From Candidatus Binatia bacterium (lineage in GTDB: Bacteria; Desulfobacterota; Binatia; UBA9968; JAJDTQ01), in contig OY729432.1 of the NCBI GenBank assembly GCA_963422385.1, forward strand, positions 1,109,666 through 1,173,665: DNA of 64,000 nucleotides, written 5' to 3'. Below the pieces are notes generated by a model. The model did not search any database and had not been told where the DNA came from. It was given only the letters and a program-made list of their open reading frames with translations. Of the stretch, positions 38,631 through 47,694 are shown piece after piece (position 1 is the stretch's first letter; every line of letters begins with the position of its first letter). A program made the position numbers and the translations under genes.

Positions 38631-40772
38631 TCATGGGGTGAGCGTCCGGAGGATACGGAACCCGGAGTAGTGGCTCCGGATAAAGGCAGGGAGCCAGCTA
38701 CGGAACGCGGACCGGAGGATCCTCGGCTCGAGGCCCCAGGAACCACCGCGCAATACGCGCTCGCCACAATTACCTGTGTCCCACGCACTCCCATCATTCG
38801 GCGCTCCCTCATAGTCCCCGTTCTCCCCGTTCCAACAATCCTCCACCCACTCCCATACGTTCCCGTGCACATCGTGCAATCCAAAACCATTCACCGCGAA
38901 AATCCCCACCGGTGTCGTCTCCTTTCTATACCGACCTTTGCGGCCTCTACCATAGGTGTAGTTCCCATCGTAATTTGCCTCATTCGTCGAGATCGTCTCT
39001 CCAAAATGAAACGGCCCCATCGTCCCCGCCCTCGCCGCGTACTCCCACTCCGACTCCGATAGTAAACGATATCTCTTTCCCGTCTTCCGCGACAGCCAGG
39101 CAACATACGCCCTGGCGTCTTCCCAGCTTACCTTTATGACCGGGCGATCCCCACGTCCCCAACCCATATCACTCGGCCGATGCCCACCGCACCCGCCGGA
39201 GGAAACGCACGCGTCCCACTCCTCGAACGTCACCTCGTATTTCCCCACTGCCAACGGTTTCGGTATCCTCACCCGATGAACCGGCCCCTCCCTATCTAAC
39301 CGGCCCTCTTCTTGAGACGGCGAGCCCATCATGAACGACCCCGCTGGAATCACCACCAGCTCCGGACACTCCTCGCAGTCACGAAACACCCTCCCCACAG
39401 CTATTCGCTCCCGCTCCTTCGCCTTCGCACTCAGAATACGCGCCTCGCCCGCGTGACGCCCCCCCGGATGCGACGACAGGTACGCTTCATAGGACGCCAC
39501 TGTGCCCGATGACTTCGCCCGCGCAAACGCCGCATCATCCACCCGCTCCCGCTCCGCCCGCCCCGCAGCCATCAGTGTGTCCGCCTGCTCACGGGTGAGA
39601 TACCCCGTCTCCCGCAGCCCCTTGGCCTTCTGCCATGCACCGACCGCAGCACGGGTCTTGCCGACAAACAGCCCGTCCGCTGGTCCCGCATCGAATCGAA
39701 GGGAACTCAGACCGCGCTGCACCAGCACCTTCGCTCCACGGTCCAGACCCAGCCCCTTCTCCACCCCCGCATGATCCGTCGGCGTCGGAGACCGTGAAAC
39801 GACTTCCCTCTCCTCTCTCCTGACCTCCCCACCAAGAACCGGTCGCTTCGGAAAACCCTCGCCGGCGGCCGCTGACAGCACGACCTTCGGTGTTCCTGCC
39901 AACAGGTTGGCCGTCTGCTCGGTCCTGCGCGCAAGCCACGCCGCCGGCGTCATGTAGTCGTCGAGATATTGCTTCGCCTCCACAGCCGTCACCCTGCCGT
40001 CGCCGTCCGCATCACCCTTGCCATAAAGCGCGTCCAACAGATGATGTGTGAACAGGCCGTGCTGCGCCTGCTCATCCCAGTTGGCGAGTTGCTTCGAACC
40101 CGCTGCGGTGAGCACCGTCACCTGCTCCGCGATCGCTTCCGGCAACGCCGCGGCAATGATCACGGGTGACGCGCCCTGAATCAGAAAACCTCCATAGCTG
40201 TTGCCGGTAAAACACGCATCCAAAAATACCTGAACGGACTTCGCGCGGCGCCTGCGGTCGGCCTTGCTCAACTCGTCCAGCCTCTTGTACAGGAGTTCCA
40301 GCGGGTAGCCCTCGTTCCGGGCCTCCCGCGGCGGCACATCGACAGGCAGGAGATAACCCATCCCGTCCTTCAGTCCGGGCACGCCGTGGCCGGAATAATA
40401 GACGACCACGGCGGAGCGCCCCTTGGGGTCGAGCTTCGCCAAGATATCGCTCATCGGGGCGTCGCGACTTCCGAAGACGTTGAGCATTTCCCGCCGTTTC
40501 GCGTTCTTCAGGGAGATGATCTTCGTTGGATCGAAGCCCATGACGTCGATGACGTAGCGCTTGAACGCCTCGGCGTCGCGATCGGCATAGTCGACGTCAG
40601 GAACGCCCCTGTGTGGATAATGCTTGTTGCCGATGATCACCGCCACGCCGTGCGGGTTCCGTACCTCCGCCAAGGCCAACGAGCCGACGACGAGACTCCA
40701 CAGGGCAATGGCCAGGACGGCACGGAAACCCATGGCCCACGCGAAGCGACACGGCAGAATCCTGAATTTCAT
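38631..40772 (-). CDS. DGR target protein: secreted caspase-like (C14) peptidase domain, a peptidoglycan-binding-like segment, and a C-terminal FGE-sulfatase/C-type-lectin-fold domain carrying the VR
   Basis: A signal peptide; the caspase His/Cys dyad context (YYSGHGV, FLDACFTG); and a C-terminal FGE/CLec fold (WGRGDRPVIKVSWEDARAYVAWL...GGSW), which is the usual scaffold of DGR variable proteins. Confidence 0.85.
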   Translation of the reverse strand: MKFRILPCRFAWAMGFRAVLAIALWSLVVGSLALAEVRNPHGVAVIIGNKHYPHRGVPDVDYADRDAEAFKRYVIDVMGFDPTKIISLKNAKRREMLNVFGSRDAPMSDILAKLDPKGRSAVVVYYSGHGVPGLKDGMGYLLPVDVPPREARNEGYPLELLYKRLDELSKADRRRRAKSVQVFLDACFTGNSYGGFLIQGASPVIIAAALPEAIAEQVTVLTAAGSKQLANWDEQAQHGLFTHHLLDALYGKGDADGDGRVTAVEAKQYLDDYMTPAAWLARRTEQTANLLAGTPKVVLSAAAGEGFPKRPVLGGEVRREEREVVSRSPTPTDHAGVEKGLGLDRGAKVLVQRGLSSLRFDAGPADGLFVGKTRAAVGAWQKAKGLRETGYLTREQADTLMAAGRAERERVDDAAFARAKSSGTVASYEAYLSSHPGGRHAGEARILSAKAKERERIAVGRVFRDCEECPELVVIPAGSFMMGSPSQEEGRLDREGPVHRVRIPKPLAVGKYEVTFEEWDACVSSGGCGGHRPSDMGWGRGDRPVIKVSWEDARAYVAWLSRKTGKRYRLLSESEWEYAARAGTMGPFHFGETISTNEANYDGNYTYGRGRKGRYRKETTPVGIFAVNGFGLHDVHGNVWEWVEDCWNGENGDYEGAPNDGSAWDTGNCGERVLRGGSWGLEPRILRSAFRSWLPAFIRSHYSGFRILRTLTP
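38641..38760 (-). repeat. DGR variable repeat (VR) at the 3' end of the target gene, ending 7 nt before its stop codon
   Basis: Counterpart of the TR. It encodes GGSWGLEPRILRSAFRSWLPAFIRSHYSGFRILRT, and every TR Asn (AAC) position is replaced by varied residues. Confidence 0.85.
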
Positions 40773-41025
40773 TCATCTCTCCTTGACGGCGGTCCGGCAG
40801 GGAAAAGTATAACCGCCCGTTCTCACCGCGCAAGCGCAATCCGGTGGCGAAGAACGGAAACGCCAAGCTCTTGCAGGCCCGCGAGCGCCGGGGCGGCACC
40901 ATCGGCCGCGAGCAGCCGCGCCACGTCCCCCGACGGGCTCGGAGCCGACACAATGGTCAGTTGCCACGACCAGGAATCGTGAAGATAAAGCGGCAGGTCC
41001 TGCAACAACCGCACCGGCGCCTGTG

Positions 41026-41620
41026 TCAGTGTGCCGGAGACCAGCCGCCGCGAGGGCGGCGGCTGCGGACCAGAGCGTGGTGAAGATCTTGCAAGGAGCG
41101 ATGCGGCGCAGCCTGTCGCAGCACGGCGTAAGTCCCTGCTACGTGAGGAGCCGCCATGGACGTTCCAGCGTCTTCCTTGAACGGCGCCCGTTCGCTTTCG
41201 GACCGTGGCACTGCTGAACGGATGGCAACACCCGGCGCAAGCACGTCCAGAATCGGCGCGCTGTTCGAGAACTTCGCCACTCGGGAACCCTTATCGATGG
41301 CTCCGACGCTGATGACGCCCGTGACGCAGGCCGGGCGCGATATTCCCCGCTTGTTCGATTCGTTCCCTGCTGCTGCCACCACAGCGACGTTTTGCCACGC
41401 AAGCCATCTCGTGGCCATGTCGAAGAACCGGTCCCGGCACGGAGTCGCGCGATGGGGCAGTCCCCCCAGACTCATGTTGACCGAAGCGATATCGATGCGC
41501 CGGGTCCAGGCCAACCCTATCAGCCAGTCGAGCGCTCCAAGGATGTTCGAGTTGCGCGCTCCACCCTCGCGGTTAAAGACGTTGATCGCTATCAGACCGG
41601 CCTCGGGTGCGACACCGGCG
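41026..41620 (-). pseudogene. Subtilisin-like (S8) serine protease, C-terminal fragment only
   Basis: GTSMAAPHVAG Ser motif and the GVAPEAGLIAINVF region are present. The frame is closed upstream by a stop, and the Asp and His catalytic motifs are missing. Confidence 0.55.
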
Positions 41621-41819
41621 ATTCAATTCTGACACTTTCTCTACACTCGCGTCCAACCTTCATGAATGGAAAGATCGGACCGGTATTCGTCCAAGCGCCG
41701 CCGCTATGGCTTCTATGGTCCGGCTCGGCAAGGCGTGGTAGAGTCCTCGTGACCTGTACCGTGCCGAACGCCGGCACGGGATGCAGGCCGCCAGATCAGG
41801 CACAAGGGGGGATGTTGCC

Positions 41820-43142
41820 ATGGCCAAGACACGGAAGACTGCCGATTCCTGGGAGCCGCCTGCCAGCCTGACCAAGGAGGAGCTGGTCAGGATCTCGGAC
41901 GGGATCCTGGCGGAGCCGGACATCCCCTACACCGAGACCGAGGACGTCTTCCGCATCCACGCCAACGGCATGGACTGGGATATCGGCTGCATGGTTTACG
42001 AGCCCAGGGACCCGGCCAGGGTTCCCACCGGGCCGGACGGCAACAAGCTCGGTATCTTCATGACCCACGGCGGCGCCAGCGACTGGCGCTCCATCGAGCG
42101 GCTGGCGCGGACCTTCGCCGGGAAGCGCGGCTACAAGGTATGCAGCATGACCTACCCCGGCCGGCTCTACCTCCCGGACCCGAGCCGCGACTGGCCCGGC
42201 GATACCTTCCACGAAGACGGCGGCGTGCGCACGCCCATCTGGCTGGACGGCGAATTCATCGCCAGGGACGAGTACGAGGTGGTCAACGACACCGCCCTGC
42301 GCGAGATCTACGGCTCCCGGGCGTACGCCAGGGCCAGGAAGGGGAGCAACTTCTACTACCGCATGGCGGCCTGGCCGGTGGCGTTCGAGGAAGGGATGCT
42401 GGACATCTGCCGCCGGCACCTGCCCGTGGGCGAGTACTCGGTGTTCACGCACGGCCATTCCACCGGCGGACCCTTCAGCCACTACCTGCTGCAACGCATC
42501 GAGAACGGCAAAGGGCTCATCGGCATCGAGAATTCGCCGTTCGCGTTCATCTTCCGCAAGATGAGCGGCCACGACTGGCCTACCCCCTTCGATCACGTGC
42601 TGATCCGGAACTGGCGCGAGCTGGCGCGCTACAAGGGCGCCGAAGTGGCGATGCAGGAAGGGGAGAAGCCGCTCTTCAGGCTGGCGTGGTTGATGGAGGA
42701 GATCTTCGAGATGTGGCAGCAGGCCAAGCGCTTCCCCCAGTTCAAGGCCGAGAACTGGCTCCACAGCGACAGCCACCCCTGCCTCACCGAAGCCGCCAGG
42801 GTCACGGCCGAGCGCCTCAAGATGAACGCCGAGGAGACCCAGGCATTGGTGGACCGTTACCTGGCCTACGGCCGGCCGCTCCCGGGCCCGGACGCCAGGC
42901 CGGTCCCGCCGCTCCTCTACGGCATCAACAAGTTCAGCCGGGACCACACCCCCGAGAAGTACAACAACATCGTCAAGGCCGAGTACGCGGCCATGAACCC
43001 GGCCCCCAAGGTGCGGGTCATCGAGATCGGCGCCGGCATCCATTCCTACTGGAAAACCGAGGACGGCCTGCCCCTGGGCGTCTGCCCGGTGATCACCAGG
43101 ATCTGGCACGACGCCATCATGAACGGGTACTACGAGGTGTAG
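41820..43142 (+). CDS. Hypothetical alpha/beta-hydrolase-like protein
   Basis: GHSTGG nucleophile-elbow-like motif; the rest is unrecognised. Confidence 0.45.
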   Translation: MAKTRKTADSWEPPASLTKEELVRISDGILAEPDIPYTETEDVFRIHANGMDWDIGCMVYEPRDPARVPTGPDGNKLGIFMTHGGASDWRSIERLARTFAGKRGYKVCSMTYPGRLYLPDPSRDWPGDTFHEDGGVRTPIWLDGEFIARDEYEVVNDTALREIYGSRAYARARKGSNFYYRMAAWPVAFEEGMLDICRRHLPVGEYSVFTHGHSTGGPFSHYLLQRIENGKGLIGIENSPFAFIFRKMSGHDWPTPFDHVLIRNWRELARYKGAEVAMQEGEKPLFRLAWLMEEIFEMWQQAKRFPQFKAENWLHSDSHPCLTEAARVTAERLKMNAEETQALVDRYLAYGRPLPGPDARPVPPLLYGINKFSRDHTPEKYNNIVKAEYAAMNPAPKVRVIEIGAGIHSYWKTEDGLPLGVCPVITRIWHDAIMNGYYEV

Positions 43143-43305
43143 ACCCTTCGGACAAGCTGGAAACCATCCACCGCATCGATATCCTCGGTACGAGAACAGG
43201 CGCCAACACCCGAAACCGAATTCCGGATGAGCGGCCGGTTCGCGGCCGCAGATCGCAAACTGGATGCGGAGTTTCCATTCCCGGACCGAAAACGGAATGG
43301 GCCGA

Positions 43306-44190
43306 CTACGGGGCCAGTAACTCCGCCAGCAGACGAAATTCGTGCTCCCGGGGCGATCTTGTCCGCCAGACCAGACCGATGGTGCGGCTGGGCTCGGGCT
43401 TTCGGAAGGGCCGGATGATGATGGGCGAGGGTGTGCGGCATTCCACCTCGAGAGCGATCCGCGGCAGCAGGGTGATGCCGATGCCCCCCGCCACCATCTG
43501 CACCAGCGTGTTCAGGCTGCCGGCGCGGAAGTCCCCCACCTCGCTGGCGCCGCCGGTCTGACACACCTCAAGGACCTGGTCCCGCAGGCAGTGGCCGTCG
43601 TCCAGCAGCAGCACCTGCTCTCCGGCGAGATCGGCCTCGGTCACTCCCCTGCGCGCGGAGAACCGATGGTCCCCGGGCACCGCGACCACGAAGGGGTCCG
43701 ACACCAGCGGCAACGTGATCACGTCGCCCAGGCTCGCCTCCAGGGCCACCAGCAGCAGGTCCAGCTTGCCTTCCGCCAACAGCGCCAGGAGCCGGTGGGT
43801 AAAGTCCTCGTGCAGCAGGATCCGGAGTTCCGGATACCGCTAGCGGATGGCCGGCAGCGCCCTGGGCAGCAGGTAGGGCGCCACGGTGGGGATGACCCCC
43901 AGCCGCAGCGTTGCCGAGAGCGGCCGGGTCAGGCTGCGAGCCGTGTCCACGAAATCCCCTGTCCGGGTAAGGATGTTCCGGGCAAGGGGCAGCAGCGTCT
44001 CCCCCTCGGGCGTGAGCAGCACCTTGCGCCGGCTACGCTCGAAGAGCTGCACATCGAGCATGCGCTCCAGGTCCTTGAGCTGGGCGCTCAGTCCGGGCTG
44101 GGTGACGAAACAGGCCTCGGCCGCGCCCCGGAAGCTCAAGCGCTCGGCCACGGCCACGAAGTATTCAAGCTGCCGTAGCGAGACATTCAT
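43306..44190 (-). pseudogene. oxyR: OxyR-type LysR-family regulator interrupted by an in-frame TAG at 43840-43842
   Basis: N-terminal HTH (43843-44190) and a C-terminal effector domain with LLLDDGHCLRDQ (43306-43839) lie in the same frame on either side of a single amber codon: ...LPRALPAIR*RYPELRILLHEDFTH... The gene is divergent from catalase. Confidence 0.7.
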
Positions 44191-44295
44191 AAGTTTTCTT
44201 TATCACCAAAAGAAATATTATCAAATTTACTTCGCGCCGATATCTCCTATACTGCAAGTCGGAGAGAAAGTTGACTCACGAGAAAGGAGAGCGCC

Positions 44296-45738
44296 ATGTC
44301 CCGGAAACGACGCCCCGTGATGACCACCAGCGCCGGCGCGCCGGTGGCCGACAACCAGAACGCCCTCACCGCGGGAGAACGCGGGCCAATCCTGCTGCAG
44401 GACTACCATCTCATCGAGAAGCTCGCGCACCAAAACCGCGAGCGCATTCCCGAGCGGGTGGTGCACGCCAAAGGCTGGGGGGCGTACGGGACCTTCACGG
44501 TCACCCACGACGTCTCGCGTTACACCTGGGCCAGATGCCTCCAGCCCGGCGCCAAATGCGACGTGCTGGTCCGGTTCTCCACCGTGGCCGGCGAGCTCGG
44601 CGCGGCGGATGCCGAGCGCGACGTGCGCGGCTTCGCGGTGAAGTTCTATACGGAGGAAGGCAACTGGGATCTGGTGGGGAACAACACGCCCGTGTTCTTC
44701 ATCCGTGACCCCTACAAGTTTCCGGACTTCATCCGCACCCAGAAACGGCATCCGAAGACGCACATGAGGAGCCCCGTGGCCATGTGGGATTTCTGGTCGC
44801 AGTCGCCGGAGTCGCTGCACCAGATCACCATCCTGATGTCGGACCGCGGCTGCCCCACGGCGCCCATGTACATGAACGGCTACGGCTCCCACACCTTCAG
44901 CTTCATCAACGGGGACGACGAGCGCTTCTGGGTCAAGTTCCACTTCAAGACCCGGCAAGGGCACCGGCACTACACCAACGCGGAAAGCGCCGAGGTCATC
45001 GGCCGGACCCGGGAGTCCTACCAGGAGGCTCTGTTCGGCGCCATCGAGGGGGGCGAGTACCCGAAGTGGGATCTCAAGGTGCAGATCATGCCGGAAGAAG
45101 AGGCGGAAAGGACGCCCTACAACCCTTTCGACCTGACCAAGGTCTGGCCCCACGGCGACTACCCGTTGATTGACGTGGGCGTGATGGAGCTGCACCGCAA
45201 CCCGGAGAACTACTTCGCCGAGGTGGAACAGGCAGCCTTCTCCCCCTCGAACATCGTACCGGGCATCGGCTTCTCACCGGACAAGGTGCTGCAGGCGCGC
45301 ATCTTCTCCTACGCCGACGCGCACCGTTACCGCCTGGGCACCCACTACGAGGCGCTGCCGGTGAATGCGCCCAAGTGCCCGGTCCATCACTATCACAAGG
45401 ACGGGCCCATGCGATTCTTCGAGCCCCGGCACGGCAATGTTGACGCCTACTACGAACCCAACAGCTTCGACGGTCCGGCGCAGGACGAGAGCTACGCGGA
45501 GCCGCCGCTCAAGATATCGGGCGACGCCTCCCGCTACGACCACCAGGCGGGAAACGACGACTACACCCAGGCGGGAAACCTGTTCCGGTTGTTCGACGAC
45601 GGCCAGAAGCAGCGTCTGTTCAGCAACATCGCCGAGGCCATGCATGGAGTCGGGCAGAAGATCGTCGAGAAACAGCTCGAGCACTTCGCCAAGGCCGACC
45701 CGGCCTATGCGGAAGGCGTGCGGAACGCCTTGGGGTGA
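44296..45738 (+). CDS. katA: Monofunctional (clade 3) catalase
   Basis: Catalase core motifs ([21 protein letters not shown], proximal Tyr region). Confidence 0.9.
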   Translation: MSRKRRPVMTTSAGAPVADNQNALTAGERGPILLQDYHLIEKLAHQNRERIPERVVHAKGWGAYGTFTVTHDVSRYTWARCLQPGAKCDVLVRFSTVAGELGAADAERDVRGFAVKFYTEEGNWDLVGNNTPVFFIRDPYKFPDFIRTQKRHPKTHMRSPVAMWDFWSQSPESLHQITILMSDRGCPTAPMYMNGYGSHTFSFINGDDERFWVKFHFKTRQGHRHYTNAESAEVIGRTRESYQEALFGAIEGGEYPKWDLKVQIMPEEEAERTPYNPFDLTKVWPHGDYPLIDVGVMELHRNPENYFAEVEQAAFSPSNIVPGIGFSPDKVLQARIFSYADAHRYRLGTHYEALPVNAPKCPVHHYHKDGPMRFFEPRHGNVDAYYEPNSFDGPAQDESYAEPPLKISGDASRYDHQAGNDDYTQAGNLFRLFDDGQKQRLFSNIAEAMHGVGQKIVEKQLEHFAKADPAYAEGVRNALG

Positions 45739-45786
45739 CCCGACGCCGCGTGAGGAGGATGAGGCTGGAGCCGTGTGGAACGGAGG

Positions 45787-46611
45787 CTAGCCGTCGCCCA
45801 GGGCGGCTAGCCGCGCCACCGCCTGCTCGTGATAGAGACGGTCGACGGCGTCCTCGGCGGGCTTCCTGATGGCGCGATCGAGCAGGCGGCGGGCCTCCTC
45901 CCGGTTCCGTTCCTCGTCCATCAGCAACAAGCCGAAGGCGTACTCCGCACAAGCCACCTTGGCGTCCGGCATGAGCTCGATGGCCCGGTCGTAATGCCTG
46001 CGGGCCTTCTTTTCCGTGGCTCCGTAAAGGAATCCCGCCATGCCGCCCGCGGCGTTGACGATCTCGGCATGCCAGGTAGCCATGCTCAGATGAGCGCCGG
46101 GCTTGTCCGGGTCCAGCCGCAACGCCTCCTCGATGGATTCCCGCACCTTCCCGGCGTATCCCCCGGCCACGGCCTGCAGGAAGCCGAGGGCCTTTGCGTA
46201 TCGGCCCGTGGTATGGGCCAGTTGGATGTGGGCATCCGGATTGGCCGCATCGAGCCGGACCGCCTCTTCCGCCAACTTCATGGCGCGTTGGAACAGGGCC
46301 TTCTTCTCCTCCTCCCTGGCAAAGAAGTGGCCTTGCATCGCGAGCGATTGCGCCGCCAACGCATGGCTCTCGGAGGTCTTGAGGGCCGCGCCGAGCTCGG
46401 CTGCCTGGGCAAACCGGCCTTCGGCGTACACCGCCCGCACCTCCTCCATCGACCGGGCGCCGGCGGCTCCTGGCAGCAGGAGCGCATACGCGATGGCCAC
46501 GCAGGCGTGCAACGCAGCTCCAATCATGGAGCTCGACTTGGAAAAATCCCCTTGAAACAACTGCATCGCTGATGCCTTTTCAGTCAACACCTGCTTGGCC
46601 GGTTCATGCAA
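45787..46611 (-). CDS. TPR-repeat-like hypothetical protein
   Basis: Ala-rich helical repeats of TPR type and an N-terminal hydrophobic segment. Confidence 0.45.
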   Translation of the reverse strand: MHEPAKQVLTEKASAMQLFQGDFSKSSSMIGAALHACVAIAYALLLPGAAGARSMEEVRAVYAEGRFAQAAELGAALKTSESHALAAQSLAMQGHFFAREEEKKALFQRAMKLAEEAVRLDAANPDAHIQLAHTTGRYAKALGFLQAVAGGYAGKVRESIEEALRLDPDKPGAHLSMATWHAEIVNAAGGMAGFLYGATEKKARRHYDRAIELMPDAKVACAEYAFGLLLMDEERNREEARRLLDRAIRKPAEDAVDRLYHEQAVARLAALGDG

Positions 46612-46693
46612 TTCCGAACACCGCCCGATTGGCGACGGTGTGACGCCGTGTTACAACCGACTCCACTCATTCAAGGAGGCTTGGTGTTCGATC

Positions 46694-47269
46694 ATGGTCA
46701 AACGTTGCAGTTGGTGCGGCGCCGATGAGCTTTACGTAGCGTACCACGATGAGGAATGGGGCACGCCGCTTTACGATGATCGGACCCTGTTCGAGTTCCT
46801 GGTGCTGGAAGGCGCCCAGGCGGGCCTGGCCTGGATCACGATCTTGCGCAAACGCGAGGGCTATCGCGCCGTCTTCGACGGGTTCGACGCCGGCAAGGTC
46901 GCCCGCTATAGCGACCGCAAGCTCGATGGATTGTTGCGGGACCCCCGCATCGTCCGCAACCGGCTCAAGGTATACAGCGCGAGACGGAACGCCCGCGCCT
47001 TCCTGGCGGTTCAGGAAGAGTGGGGCAGCTTTTCCGACTACATGTGGCATTTCGTCGATGGCAAGCCCATCCAGAATCGCTGGAAATCCACGGAAGAGAT
47101 GCCTGCATCCACTCCCCTCTCCGATACCATCAGCAAGGACATGAACAAACGCGGCTTCAATTTTGTCGGTTCCACCATCGTCTATGCCCACATGCAGGCG
47201 ACGGGCATGGTGAACGACCACACCCTCGACTGTTTTCGCTACAGAGAATGCAGGAACCCGGCTCGCTGA
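46694..47269 (+). CDS. tag: DNA-3-methyladenine glycosylase I
   Basis: CSWCGADELYVAYHDEEWGTP (zinc-bound Tag N-terminus) and the HhH fold. Confidence 0.85.
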   Translation: MVKRCSWCGADELYVAYHDEEWGTPLYDDRTLFEFLVLEGAQAGLAWITILRKREGYRAVFDGFDAGKVARYSDRKLDGLLRDPRIVRNRLKVYSARRNARAFLAVQEEWGSFSDYMWHFVDGKPIQNRWKSTEEMPASTPLSDTISKDMNKRGFNFVGSTIVYAHMQATGMVNDHTLDCFRYRECRNPAR

Positions 47270-47340
47270 CCGCGGCGCAATCGGGTGCTTGCCGTCACCT
47301 CGATAAGCGTCGGGCCAGCGTCGCTCCTCCCCATCAGCGC

Positions 47341-47375
47341 CTTGAAAAATGAACGGTCACCGTTCATTTTTCAAG
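47341..47375. repeat. Perfect 35-nt AT-rich palindrome (17-bp arms, 1-nt centre) at the junction where a truncated oxidoreductase fragment begins
   Basis: cttgaaaaatgaacggt-c-accgttcatttttcaag. The reverse complement of the left arm equals the right arm exactly. Confidence 0.6.
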
Positions 47376-47385
47376 GCCCTTGCAG

Positions 47386-47598
47386 ATCCTTCGGAGACAC
47401 CACCATTTCTTCATGGACCGTTACGCCGACGCCTACCGGCAAGAGATCGCCGCGTTCTGCGCCGTCGTCCGGGGTGATGATGTGGCGTACCCGAGCAGCC
47501 AGGACGGTCTGGCAGCGCTCGCCATCGCGGATGCGGCGGCGGAGTCGCGGGCCACGGGGCGGACGGTCATGGTCGGAGAGGCAGACGGCGTTTCGTGA
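47386..47598 (+). pseudogene. C-terminal fragment (~70 aa) of a Gfo/Idh/MocA-family oxidoreductase
   Basis: FMDRYADAYRQEIAAFCAVVRGDD...GLAALAIADAAAESRATGRTV matches the extreme C-terminus of the family; no upstream Rossmann domain is present. Confidence 0.4.
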
Positions 47599-47694
47599 CG
47601 GGCCGTCCATGATTGCATTTCCCACCGAACCGGGTAGTGAAGATACGAGGAATGAATCATCGTGCCGATTTCGTGCGCTCCTGAATAACCACCC

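Noticed and set aside
43840-43842. Pyrrolysine or other programmed recoding of the TAG in oxyR
   Set aside because: No pyl genes or PYLIS-like context is visible. A nonsense mutation or sequencing error is the simpler explanation.
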